64,000 nucleotides of DNA from NCBI RefSeq assembly GCF_041381155.1, contig NC_091144.1, positions 38,796,437 through 38,860,436 of the forward strand, in the 5' to 3' direction. The notes beneath the pieces were generated by a model that was not told the DNA's origin, ran no database searches, and worked only from the letters and a program-made list of their open reading frames with translations. Position 1 is the stretch's first letter. Every line of letters starts with the position of its first letter. The position numbers and the translations under genes were made by a program. Source of the stretch: Argopecten irradians. Taxonomy: Eukaryota. Of the stretch, positions 38,721-50,303 are shown one piece after another.

Positions 38721-39074
38721 ATTAAGTTTACCTACGTATGACCTTATTTGTCACTTAACAGTAATTGTCATACATTATAGTTGAACTAAATTATCATAAA
38801 ATGTCTATTGATAATCAAAATGTCCATAACATCCTTAGAGATAAATATAAATTACCCGGGGCGCTACTTCATTCCATTATAATTTCTATAAGCTACTGTA
38901 ATGGATCTCGCGCATTGCTTTGTCCGTTTCTTTTGTCATGTTCCGATACCGACAAATTAACCGTATTTTACAATGCAGTCGTGACACTACCGGAGAAGAA
39001 CAAGACGTTTCAAATTTTGAAGTTTAAAAATCGAAAAGAACATTATTTCCAGGAACCTGCAAATAACAATAACC

Positions 39075-41798
39075 ATGAAACCAACGTTTATTGCATTCAT
39101 ATTTCGACTTTTAATCTCTACCTTTGACCTGATCACCGATTGGTTGTTGTTTTACGAACTCAGTGGTTTAGAACAAGGTCTCGTGTATGGCTCGTGCTCT
39201 GAAGCCATATTAGGATTTTTCTGTTTCTTCTGCTTCATCGGGAGTGTGATGTATATCGCCGAGCTGGTCTTAAATGTCTTCGATGCATTTTCATCAAAAG
39301 AAGATTTGCTTCCCAATGGTTTCCTTGACAACGTCAACATGGCGTCCCTGTGGATGGAGGACATCCCTATTGTCCTGATCTGTGTGTACATCGCGGGTTG
39401 TAGAGATAAAGCGGTCACTGTTTTACTACTGGTCAAGGCTCTGTCCACTCTGGTGGAAGTTTGCGTGAATGTGGGCATAATGATTGCCAACCATATCCAT
39501 AGTAGACAACATACAGAAGTCGTTAAATTTGACAAAAAAGAGCCGTCAAAATGGCTGAAGGTTCCTCTAGTACTCAGCTTATTTATTATGATGCTCGGGT
39601 CAATGTTGGTGTTTGGATTGGGGACCTATTTCACGGATTCAAAAAATGTCGTCAACCTTGCTAGTTCCTTGAATTTTAATTTCCAAACATACAGTGATTT
39701 GGACTACTTAGAAAAGTCAGGGATATACATGAACTTTGACCCTGAGCAATCAGACGTGGTAACTATGGATACCTCGGAATGGATCTTACTTCTTGATTTA
39801 GAGAATATGACATCTGCTGCGTCGAGTTCTTTTATTGTCCGTGTAACGTACGATTCTAACCCAAATACGAGATTATGGATTCAGTCGACAGTTAATGATG
39901 ATATCGAGACTCCAGAATCATCTACTAATAAATGTTACTCCACACAAACATCGCCTCTATCACTGATTACAACGTGTGCTTCCGACCTTCAAATGAACCC
40001 TAACGCCAAATCTATTGTGCTAAAATTTGTCTACGAGAGTCCAAGTAACTCCAAACCACTTGGTGACGTATACTACAATTACGGCATGGCGGCTGTTGAA
40101 GCTGCCGAACCTTGTTTTTTACCTGGGGTAAAACCTGGGTTCTCACTTAGCTATTTCAAAGCTACTTCGACCGAACACAATCTGGACCCTCTGATGTCAC
40201 TCACAAACAGTAGCGGAGCGTATTATAAGACTGGAAGTGATCTTCAGGATGTTTCGGATGCGTGGAGGACTGGCAAGTTCTGGTGCGGTCATACCGGTAG
40301 GTCCAGACCTAAACTAGAATCTTCGATCAGCGTTCCTTGTCTTCTTCGGGATTTGAGGGTAGCTGAATCAAATTCGACTTTACCATCAACTTATAGTGTC
40401 GAATCCACAACTTCACTTTCAACCCTTCATACGGATCCTGGTATCAGTACGTCAACTCAGACGTCTTTTGGAAATGCAAGTACCTTCACAGCAACCAACA
40501 TTCGAACAACGCCTTCTTCAAAAACAACTCCTTCTCAAGCATCTACAACAACAAAAGCTAAAATTTCAATTTCTGACAATGTCACAAACTCTAAATCTCC
40601 AACTCGTTCAACAACAAAAACAGCAAAATCAACAACAGCAACAACAGGAAAATCCACAACAACAACAACAGCATCATCAACAACAACACCAAAGACAATT
40701 ACACCAACGACAACAACAACCACCACACCACCTTCAAATCCTTCATCAACATCATCGACAACAACACCAACGACAATAACACCAACGACAACAACAACCA
40801 CCACACCACCTTCAAATCCTTCATCAACATCATCAACAACAACACCAACGACAACAACAACCACCACACCACCTTCAAATCCTTCATCAACATCATCAAC
40901 AACAACACCAACGACAACAACAACCACCACACCACCTCCAAATCCTTCATCAACATCATCAACAACAACACCAACGACAACAACAACCACCACACCACCT
41001 TCAAATCCTTCATCAACATCATCAACAACATCAACAACAACCACCACACCACCTCCAAATCCTTCATCAACATCATCAACAACATCAACAACAACCACCA
41101 CACCACCTCCAAATCCTTCATCAACATCATCAACAACAACACCAACGTCAATAACACCAACGACAACAACAACCACCACACCACCTTCAAATCCTTCATC
41201 AACATCATCAACAACAACACCAACGTCAATAACACCAACGACAACAACAACCACCACACCACCTCCAAATCCTTCATCAACATCATCAACAACAACACCA
41301 ACGTCAATAACACCAACGACAACAACAACCACCACACCACCTTCAAATCCTTCATCAACATCATCAACATCATCAACAACAACACCAACGTCAATAACAC
41401 CAACGACAACAACAACCACCACACCACCTTCAAATCCTTCATCAACATCATCAACAACAACACCAACGTCAATAACACCAACGACAACAACAACCACCAC
41501 ACCACCTTCAAATCCTTCATCAACATCATCAACATCATCAACAACAACACCAACGTCAATAACACCAACGACAACAACAACCACCACACCACCTTCAAAT
41601 CCTTCATCAACATCATCAACAACAACACCAACGTCAATAACACCAACGACAACAACAACCACCACACCACCTTCAAATCCTTCATCAACATCATCAACAT
41701 CATCAACAACATCAATAATAACATTTACACCAACGACGACAACAACAACCCCATCGCAGTCTACTTCGCCAACAACTTCATTACTCCCATTCAGTTAA
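39075..41798 (+). CDS. Multi-pass membrane protein with a C-terminal Thr/Pro/Ser-rich mucin-like tandem-repeat domain (907 aa, single exon)
   Basis: The ORF is uninterrupted for 2724 nt, and the start aaccATGa has A at -3. The N-terminal 190 aa hold about five hydrophobic helices: PTFIAFIFRLLISTFDLITDWLLFY, AILGFFCFFCFIGSVMYIAELVL, IPIVLICVYIAGC, VTVLLLVKALSTLVEVCVNVGIMIA and VPLVLSLFIMMLGSMLVFGLG. A ~330-aa middle region carries N-glycosylation sequons (NMTS, NSTL, NSSG, NAST, NVTN) and scattered Cys. The last ~370 aa are near-perfect repeats of TTTPT(SITP)TTTTTTTPPSNPSSTSS. Confidence 0.7.
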   Translation: MKPTFIAFIFRLLISTFDLITDWLLFYELSGLEQGLVYGSCSEAILGFFCFFCFIGSVMYIAELVLNVFDAFSSKEDLLPNGFLDNVNMASLWMEDIPIVLICVYIAGCRDKAVTVLLLVKALSTLVEVCVNVGIMIANHIHSRQHTEVVKFDKKEPSKWLKVPLVLSLFIMMLGSMLVFGLGTYFTDSKNVVNLASSLNFNFQTYSDLDYLEKSGIYMNFDPEQSDVVTMDTSEWILLLDLENMTSAASSSFIVRVTYDSNPNTRLWIQSTVNDDIETPESSTNKCYSTQTSPLSLITTCASDLQMNPNAKSIVLKFVYESPSNSKPLGDVYYNYGMAAVEAAEPCFLPGVKPGFSLSYFKATSTEHNLDPLMSLTNSSGAYYKTGSDLQDVSDAWRTGKFWCGHTGRSRPKLESSISVPCLLRDLRVAESNSTLPSTYSVESTTSLSTLHTDPGISTSTQTSFGNASTFTATNIRTTPSSKTTPSQASTTTKAKISISDNVTNSKSPTRSTTKTAKSTTATTGKSTTTTTASSTTTPKTITPTTTTTTTPPSNPSSTSSTTTPTTITPTTTTTTTPPSNPSSTSSTTTPTTTTTTTPPSNPSSTSSTTTPTTTTTTTPPPNPSSTSSTTTPTTTTTTTPPSNPSSTSSTTSTTTTTPPPNPSSTSSTTSTTTTTPPPNPSSTSSTTTPTSITPTTTTTTTPPSNPSSTSSTTTPTSITPTTTTTTTPPPNPSSTSSTTTPTSITPTTTTTTTPPSNPSSTSSTSSTTTPTSITPTTTTTTTPPSNPSSTSSTTTPTSITPTTTTTTTPPSNPSSTSSTSSTTTPTSITPTTTTTTTPPSNPSSTSSTTTPTSITPTTTTTTTPPSNPSSTSSTSSTTSIITFTPTTTTTTPSQSTSPTTSLLPFS
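40690..41700 (+). repeat. In-frame coding tandem array, ~15 units of 57, 66 or 81 nt, encoding a mucin-like PTS repeat
   Basis: The units are near-identical at nucleotide level (ccaacgacaacaacaaccaccacaccaccttcaaatccttcatcaacatcatcaacaacaaca), with pct/ccc and tca-ata indel variants. The antisense ORFs that overlap this region come from the repeat, not from genes. Confidence 0.9.
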
Positions 41799-41991
41799 TC
41801 AATGTGTGAGTTTCCCAGGTATGTAATCTACTGTTTGCAGCGCATTCGCGTTGGTCTATTTTCTCGAATCACATTTGTATTCTTTCAAAACACCATGTGC
41901 GTGATATGATATTTTAAACGGAGATTTTTGAAAATTTTTGCGAGGCTTGAAATCTTGCGTATTTCACTGGCGATAGCGGGAAATCCTGAAA

Positions 41992-42245
41992 GAACGGTTA
42001 TGCATAAAAATCAGTCTGCGCTAAAATAATTTGTTTTACAGTATACAGTTGTTGACTGGAGTTGAGGGCAACAGACGATTTGTTGGACGCAAAGACAGAC
42101 TTTTGCCCGAAGTCGAATGCATAAAAATCAGTCTGCGCTAAAATAATTTGTTTTACAGTATACAGTTGTTGACTGGAGTTGAGGGCAACAGACGATTTGT
42201 TGCACGCAAAGACAGACTGTTGCCCGAAGTCGAAGGCAACAGCTT
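41992..42245. repeat. Tandem duplication, 2 copies of ~122 bp, containing short hairpins (gggcaacagacgatttgttg...cagact.ttgcccgaagtcgaa)
   Basis: 41992-42113 and 42114-42235 are near-identical. The half-sites GGGCAACAG and CTGTTGCCC are inverted, and a third partial half-site follows at 42270-42285 (ttgttgcccgaaaacc). Confidence 0.8.
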
Positions 42246-43034
42246 GTGTGAGGGTCCAACAAACCATTTGTTGCCCGAAAACCCAGTCGATAACTGTAGT
42301 GTTATACCCATTATTATTATCATATCTTACATTAACGTCACGAATTGTAGCTGTAACGTCACTCCCCGTCCAACATTTTTAAATCAGTCGATTTGAACAG
42401 TTCTTTGGACAGCTCGACTGAATAGTACAGTTATTGTCATTTTGTAAATGGAGTTTATAAAGAAACTAGATTATATGTTATAGGGAGTATAACAATAGTT
42501 TTTAGTGAAATTGTATCTTTCAAAATTTATCAATTTTACCGTCAGTTGATAATAAAGATGATTATAAGACGTCACAAGTCTCAGCGTCGTTTTGTGATTA
42601 CGTCATATGAATATTTTCGGTTGTCGGTTTTATTGCGAAGTCAACTTTCAAACTGTCTATAGATGTGCATCTTTAATTAAGGATAACTTAAATAGATTTT
42701 TATTTAGATAAAACACAAAATCTGAGTGTACTCTAAATAAACCGGAAGTGGTTTATGATGAGGGTACACTAAGATTGTTGTGTTATATCTTCATAACATC
42801 AAACAATTATTCAAATAAGTCCTTATCAATGAATTAACTACAGATAAACATTGATAAAAGAAATTCATTTTGGGACTCTCTTGTCTACGAAATCATTACG
42901 CCGTTATCTCAGCCAATCCGAAGCGACGTTACAAACGGTGACGTCATTCATTTTTTCCTTTATTGGTTGATGAAGTAATTTTTAAAGTCAATGAAAATTC
43001 TCGTTACAAACATTCCTAGAGGAATTCATCTTGA

Positions 43035-43095
43035 GTTCTCCGGTCATTTTTTTTTTTGTTTTTGTTTTTTTGTTTTTTGTTTTTTGTTTTTTTTA
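43035..43095. repeat. T-rich microsatellite, (TTTTTG)n
   Basis: Read directly. Confidence 0.85.
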
Positions 43096-43169
43096 TTATT
43101 GATATTTTCCGAGGTTCATGTAAAATGATTCGTTGCAGCAATGAAATCAATCTTGATTTATTTGATGTA

Positions 43170-43250
43170 CTCAATTTTATTTTGAGATAGTCCAGAGGTG
43201 TAGAGATCGTTAATGTAGAGATCGGAAACCCTGCAGTATTGAGGATAACA
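43170..43250. mobile_element. Solo TIR fragment of MITE family C
   Basis: gagatagtccagaggtgtagagatcgttaatgtagagatcggaaaccctgcagtattgaggata matches the right TIR of family C. Confidence 0.55.
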
Positions 43251-43660
43251 TGAGCTTTGATAATAAAAAAATAAGAACTGTTAATAGGAAATTTTAGTTT
43301 ATTTTGATTTCTTTGAATACGCGCGATTGTGCATCTACGCGTAAACCTATACACAGATGTGAGTTTTACATACGAATAATTCAATTGTATATGCACAGCG
43401 CTAAAATGGCAATCTGGAGCTTGATTAAGCGAAAAAATCACACTTTTACAGAAATTATTCTTTGTCTAAAATATATTTCACAGATAAGGGAGTTAACTCT
43501 AGCAACCTTAAGCGGACTGTAGGTACACGGTTTACACTTCATGAAAAAAGAATTCACATAAAAATCTGATTCATTTTATTACTTATTTAAGGATCTGCTC
43601 TGGTGGGGAAAAAAAACATTTTTTTTCTGAGGGCTAGCTTTTTCCTAATATCGACTTTAC

Positions 43661-44049
43661 AGATGTTCCACCGCCGACAGGACATAAATGATATTCATCA
43701 TTTGAACAATAATTGGCGTTTAATCGTGTCTGTTTATGTCTAATTAACACAAAAATATTTCTTCAGTTACAAAAGTTACTTACTTTACACCATTACCACC
43801 ATTGAAAAGTTTGAGCTTTTAATTTTACTTAAAGTTTAATATATGAAAAGTAATAAATTGCATCCCGAAAAAATTCCGTGGCACTATATCCTATATGGAA
43901 TGTACTACTGATTGCGCATGTACCAAAGGCGAAATAAGTTATTACATAATATTTTTTTGTGTTAATTAGGCATATATATACACGATTGAACACCAATTAT
44001 TGTTCAAATGATGAATATCATTTATGCTTTGTCACCGGTGGAGCATCTT
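43661..44049 (+). mobile_element. MITE family A copy 5, a variant with extended (~95-bp) subterminal inverted repeats; TTAA on the right flank
   Basis: The start agatgttccaccgccgacaggacataaatgatattcatcatttgaacaataattggcg... is the reverse complement of the end ...caccaattattgttcaaatgatgaatatcatttatgctttgtcaccggtggagcatct. TTAA lies at 44050-44053. Confidence 0.8.
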
Positions 44050-44224
44050 TAAGAGATAAATTGCGTTACTGCGATGTGCTTGTTATTCAAACCTTCGCTT
44101 TTTTCACAGACTGAAAACGTTCTGCTTTATTTATTAACCTAAAACATCATTTAAACGTCAATGTCATTCTCGCGGCTTTGATAATTTATTTTACGAGATA
44201 TTTCATTTCCAACGTACGAGTTAA

Positions 44225-44370
44225 TATCAGAAACCACTGTATAGTAGTTAAATTTCGTGAGTGTAAAATTTCGCGACTTAATGTTTGAAACTTATTCGCG
44301 GTGGGGCTATTTTCACGAATTATCATTGTAGCATTTGAAAGCATCATTCATACGACAGGATAAACATGAA
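44225..44370. repeat. Dispersed repeat family E copy 2
   Basis: It aligns with 13600-13760. Confidence 0.55.
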
Positions 44371-46982
44371 TTTGATAAATTTTGAGAAATATCAACTTTG
44401 GATTAGGATAGATTCGCAAAATTGACACCACCCCCCACCGAACGAATATTAGAAACTAAATATATTGTAAAGTTGTCTCCTTTTTCATTACGTATTTGAT
44501 AATATGGTATTATCATTTTAAAATCATTGTTGTGAAGTCGATACACAGAATATATAAATGCATTTTATGTTGATTACTGTTGGTGCTAAATGAAAAAAAT
44601 ATTTTTTTATAAAATGCAACATTATGCCATATTTGTGTGTTTTTGTCTGCTTTATGAGCTGGTAGTAAAAAACAAACATTTTTGTAGGAAAATTGCACTA
44701 AAAAGCAAGCATAACAGGAAAGTAAATGCTTCCTACAATATTCGAAGATGTCAAATGTATAAAAGTATTTTATATATCAATTGCGATGAAATAATTAATT
44801 TTTGATAGCAATATGCATATCCTGTATCTCGCATTTTATCCTTACTTTCGTTCTATTTGAGAACTTTTCGTTTTCTGTTCTGGCTAGTTTGTTTAAGAAA
44901 ATCAAAAGGACGAAAAACTGGAAAAACATAACCATGATCTCATTCCTATTAATTCTTAACTAGTCAAACCTGTTCAGCAATATCAAACAATCCCTACCCG
45001 ATAGATGGAAATAAATAAAACATTGGCATTATCTTCCTCGATATCAGCATGCATAATTCATCCTTACTGATATGCCTTTTTAAGTTTGCTTTATTCAACA
45101 ATTATCAATTAATGTCCTTGCAGTAAATAGCCCTGACATTATTACCATGTCTATCAACTTCTATAGTTCGTTTACAGGTACACATGATATGGTGGATTGT
45201 GCAATACACAACATGCACATTTTGTTCTTTTGTGTTTTGGGTCCATTCCACAGCTTTTGTCATGGTAGATGTAAAACAAAAGCAAAATAGAAATACCCAT
45301 TTACACATTATTTTATCGCAAATGGATTTTTTTCCATTGTAGCTTTCTGCATTTTATATTATTTTAAAGTTAAAATGATCGACTTCAAGTCTCTGGTTTG
45401 ATTTGCTTTATTTATAACGTCCTGTTAACAACCAGGCTCATTAACTGCCTCCCATGTATGTGGTGTCTTGTGCGAGTTAAGTGCGAGGTACATGTCTTGT
45501 ATTTGGGAGCTATTGTCATTTTTTATGCTGTTTCACTCAAAAATGTCGCTGAAGACACCAAACAACACATCTTACCTGGTCACATTATACTGACAACGGG
45601 CGAACCAGTCGTCACACTCCCTTGATGCTGAACACTAAGCAAGAGCTGCAACAACCATTTTTATAAACTTGGTGTGTCTTGGCCAGGGGACAGAACACAG
45701 AAGCTTTCTCACATGGGCGAGAGCTTAACCGTAGACAAAAGTGAGCCGGTGTCAAGGGAGACGTTAGGAAAAAGAAAAGATAAAATCTTAAATTAAATCG
45801 TCTTTTACGATCATGAAATAGGGACAGCAGGTACAATTCTTACGCCCTACTTCCGTAACTTTGATTCGGTCCATTTGATGTTATACCACCCTGGTAAGAT
45901 TAAAAGATAAAGACGTAGGGCTACACCCTCGATCATTATTTAATGCTACAACACCGATGCAACATCATATCGACCCCAAGAAACGCCCGTAATAGATAAT
46001 TATTAAAATTTTAATAATTTAATCCATATCTGATGACAACAGAAATAGTATTCTAGTTGTATACAAACTCATAAAAATATGCGAATATAGAAATGATAAA
46101 ACATTAAATCAATATCATTGAATGAATCATATATCATGTGGTAGTGACGGGTTCTGCATTTTATGACAGGTTAGTATCTAGGACGTTCCGGCTGGGTATA
46201 AATGAAACAGGCGATAGTCCAGGGGTAGATATCACGTCAGCTACATAGTAACACCTGCAGTATCGAAGATGGGTATGATATGATGCTACTGTGCATAACC
46301 TGGGCTCAAAAGTCTATGTTTTTTTATGGATTTCCAATTATTTCATGCTTATAGATCAATATATATATATAATTTTACTTAAAACCAACATAACAACCAC
46401 TTATGCTATCTATCTTACCGCTCACAGGGCGTAATTTCACAATCTGTAGAATCATTGTACACTTGTCGTTTGTAAAGGTCATATTTATGTGAAGCGCAAA
46501 TAATAAATGTAACTTGAATCTTTTGTACGGTGTCTAGTAGGTAAGAGATATAGATTCACTCATAGGTGTAAATAACATTTTTCTGAAATTTTACTTTACT
46601 AGCAATGATGGGCACCAATTGTAGCTCTAAAGTCGACACCTTATCTGTCTAGAAGTCTTTCAACCTACACCATTGTAGCTACACGTGATTCTTCGATCGT
46701 TACCTAGTTACCTTGGCAACGCGGCTTGTTTGTGTTTTGCTTTTGTTTAACATTAAAATCCGGAATTATTTAAGAATGTGGTATTATTGGAGATAAAGGG
46801 CATCCGAGAATCCGGAAACAACCACACCAGTACCTGGTAGTTGATCCACATGGGTTCAAACTTGGGACCGGAGGTGGAAGACTAGTTGTGTGTCACTGCA
46901 GTCTGTACAATCATAATTGTACTAGTACCTTGGGCAAAAACTTTGCGCGACTGTAGCGTGTTCATCTTATGTGTGATAGGGG

Positions 46983-47224
46983 CATCATCGATACTTCAGG
47001 GGTTATTATCACTGGCGTTATATCCACCACTGGATGATCCCAGTAAAATTGGAGAATTCATGAAAATAAAACTGATCAATGATATGCTCGCAAAAACTTT
47101 AAAACCACATAGATACACATCAAAGGACATATTACTGTAATATATTACTTCTGATGTTTTAAAGCTTGCTATATCAGATGTGGTTTTAACGTCAGTGATA
47201 GTAAACTTATCAGTTTTGAGGATG
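46983..47224. mobile_element. MITE family C copy (diverged; the internal core differs)
   Basis: It runs catcatcgatacttcaggggttattatcactggcgttatatccaccactggat ... gtcagtgatagtaaacttatcagttttgaggatg. Confidence 0.6.
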
Positions 47225-48404
47225 AGATTGAAGAAAGCGTTGATATACAGGGTGTCCCAAAAAGCATGTCCCGAGTTTGACGCTAGAATTTGATCTATAT
47301 ACCATCAGAAAGGTAGTGAACTGCTCTGTACAACACAGACAAATATCTTTTTGTTCTTACTTATATGGAAAATCGAGTGAAAGTCATATTTCGTTAGTTT
47401 TGCGATTTGATCAGAAAATTAATAACTTTCAGTTAAAGATTGGGCGCGAGGTGTCCGCTCTTCTTTTCGATGACATTATGAATTCTGCCCCTGAAATTCC
47501 TAACCACCTCACAATTCTGTAAATCTGCTTCCTGGAGATGGACTGCACACCTGGGTGACATTTTTATAATATTTCATTTGCTAAAGTAGGGGATATTCCG
47601 AATGCAATCTAGAGTTCAATAACTTCAGTCTGAATCTTCATGGTTCTGGAAAGTCACCAAAATGTGTCATTATCGATAATGTCATCATTTCTACTATGAC
47701 GTCATCACACATAATGATGATGTAATCTGTACAATAGTACTCAATTAAGTTAAATTTAGATACTCCTGCATTCCTAATCATTTTGAATTTTCAAGAAAAG
47801 TATTGCAAAAGTTATTACCTGTCAAAGTCGGGACATTTTCGGGACACCCTGTAAAATGTAATGTCTGTAGTCTTTTTAACAGTAAATATGTCAATCACAT
47901 ATCAAGTAGGTAATACAAACAGGTTGAATTTAAATGTTTTTTGCTATATATAGGCCTACATGTACACACGAGGTAAGATTTTTAGTTGTTGATAACGATT
48001 ATCTAGTATTGACGCTTTGGTGCTTTATTAATGGAATTAAATTCTTTGCTGATTTTATGAGGCGTGAATAACTTTTTCTTTCATACCTACACGTGTAATA
48101 TTGGCTGGTCTAGGGCAATACACTCATGTCGCCTGAGGCTGTATTTCATGGCTGCCCATGCAATAAAGCCTCGTGCCGTCACGGCGTCAACAAAAATTCG
48201 ATTTTCTCGGTAAAATTTTAACATTTTTTTCACAAAATTGACTGGTTTTACTATAAAAGATTCAAGTAACGGAATTTGTGTTGAAAATATCACGTAATTT
48301 TTCATGTATGGAAAATTGACTTCCAGTCGTGGATTTCTTCGAATTTATTTCAAGTGGCGGGATATTATTGTTGTAAAATTGCAATAAAACGTCGAGATAT
48401 GAAA

Positions 48405-48565
48405 GAAAAATACTCTTTCATAAGTGGATATGAAGGATAGGGATATTCTACCCTTGGGATCACAACATGTTACAAAACCCTCGGCAAGCCTCGGGTTTTA
48501 CAACATTTTGTGACCCTCGGGTAGAATATCCCTATCCTCTATCATTCACATCCACATATGAAAGA
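48405..48565. repeat. Near-perfect hairpin with ~70-bp arms and a ~14-nt loop (ctctttcataagtggatatgaaggatagggatattctaccc..gggatcacaa...aaaccc | gggtttt...ttgtgaccctcgggtagaatatccctatcctctatcattcacatccacatatgaaagag)
   Basis: I compared the reverse complement of the right arm to the left arm by eye. There are only a few mismatches. Confidence 0.75.
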
Positions 48566-50303
48566 GTCTTATATTATTTGATAATGGTTATTACTAACGG
48601 CATCAGTTTATATATTTTGTTATTAGATATTTACATAACATATACGTGAAACATTAAATGTGAAGGAATCGCGATACGACTCAAGTTACCTGGGAAACGT
48701 AGCAACGTTACCTGTAACAGCTGAAATTGATTTTTACATTTATACATTACAATTGCTGTGATGGATATTGACAATTATTTTAAGGTAATAAAGCTGTTTG
48801 AGAACAGGAAAGCTCGCCTCCGGCAACCTAGAAGACCCAAGAGCTCATTCATTCGAGTACATTTCTTCCCATTGGGCATCTCATATTTCTTAAAATATTG
48901 CATTTCACCCTTAAAATGATTGTCCATGGTGTTTTATTAATATAAGATTATAAGCGTTGTGATGGGTATGAAAAATGATTTTAATGTAGAAAATACAGAA
49001 TTCTGATGCTTTCAAGAGGCCCAAAGGGTTCAAAATTACCAATTTATAGTCTTGTTTCATGTTGTGAAATACTAATGTCCATAAAAATTGACACAGATTT
49101 CTACATTAAATTACATTTACATTTTGTTGAAGGGAGAAGCACAGTATTTTGACAATTTCAAGAGGTCCAATGGGCCATAATTGTAAAATGCTTGGTATCA
49201 TGTCTTACACATGATAAAGAGTTATGCATAAATACTGGATTATAAGTCTTGATGTATGGACAAATATTTCAAGGACGTAAATTTTTCATTTTGAGAATTT
49301 AAAAATACCCAAGCAATTTTTTCTGTACTCTTTCCCTACAACTGGCTTTGGTTTTTTGACTTGATAAAAATTGGCTTAGGATTACAAAAGTGTGATGGAT
49401 ATGGGCAACCATTTTCGGGATAACACATAGAATTTTGTTAATTTGTGACCAAAATATACTCTCATGATTAAGCTCTTCTTAGGTCTTTAAAATTTGCTAG
49501 GGACAGGCTTTGCTTTCCTCAAATAGCTCTTTTGGTAGAGTTATCAGATATCACACTCTTCTGTTTATTCACACCGTCTACTCGGTTGCTCTACAATAGA
49601 ATGTCTTCAGGTAAAGGCTTGTCAAATTTTGGTCAATTTACATGAAAAGTCAATTCATATCAGAACATTTGTCAATAACGTCATGGTGAAATTCACATGG
49701 AAAATATACGAGAATTTTTTTTATAAAATTCAACATTCCATGTCAGTTTCAAGCGAAATTCACCTAAAGGTGATTTAAAATTGACATGAATTTCAGTGGG
49801 AAAAATTGACCAAAAGTGATCTTAATTTACGCGAAGACTTTTTCCCAGCTCAATTTGACATGAAATTGACATATTTTGTAGTTGTTTTTTTGTGTGTGTG
49901 GAATTTTTACCATATTTGTCTGAAATACAACTCAAACTCTTCTCAGACGTGTATGATCGACACGAATAATGTTTTGCCTGTGTAGTATGCGTTGATTTGT
50001 CTTCCTAATATCCTCCATGAAATTCTAGCCGACTTAGATTCATTATGTAGTCTTTACCAATCTGATTAAAATACAGATCCTCATATCATGCCATAAAACC
50101 GAATTTAATTAGATTTAATCTGAAGTTAAGTTAACCTGCATGTACATGTATACAGCAAATGTAGTCTTAACTGAAGTCGCATTTGACCAATATTTTTTTC
50201 GTGGGTGTAAAATTTCGAGATTTATTGTTGGACTTTATTGGAGGGTGTTTATTTTTGAGAAGTATCTGTATAGACTTTGAAAAGTGTCATTTATAAAACA
50301 GGT

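Noticed and set aside
38765-39127. 120-aa ORF just upstream of, and overlapping, the 39075 start
   Set aside because: It is in a different frame, is AT-rich with low-complexity N/K/I content, and overlaps the strong downstream ORF. It is more likely 5' leader or uORF-like noise.
40396-41724. Antisense and alternate-frame ORFs (127 aa on the + strand; 376 and 341 aa on the - strand) overlapping the mucin repeat
   Set aside because: They are low-complexity translations (Q-rich, V/D-rich, L/M-rich) of the same coding tandem repeat in other frames. The sense frame is continuous with a credible N-terminal domain.
41815-41842. gtatgt...tttgcag intron-like motif right after the mucin gene stop
   Set aside because: Only ~24 nt separate the donor-like and acceptor-like motifs. 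That is too short for an intron, so it is likely coincidental.
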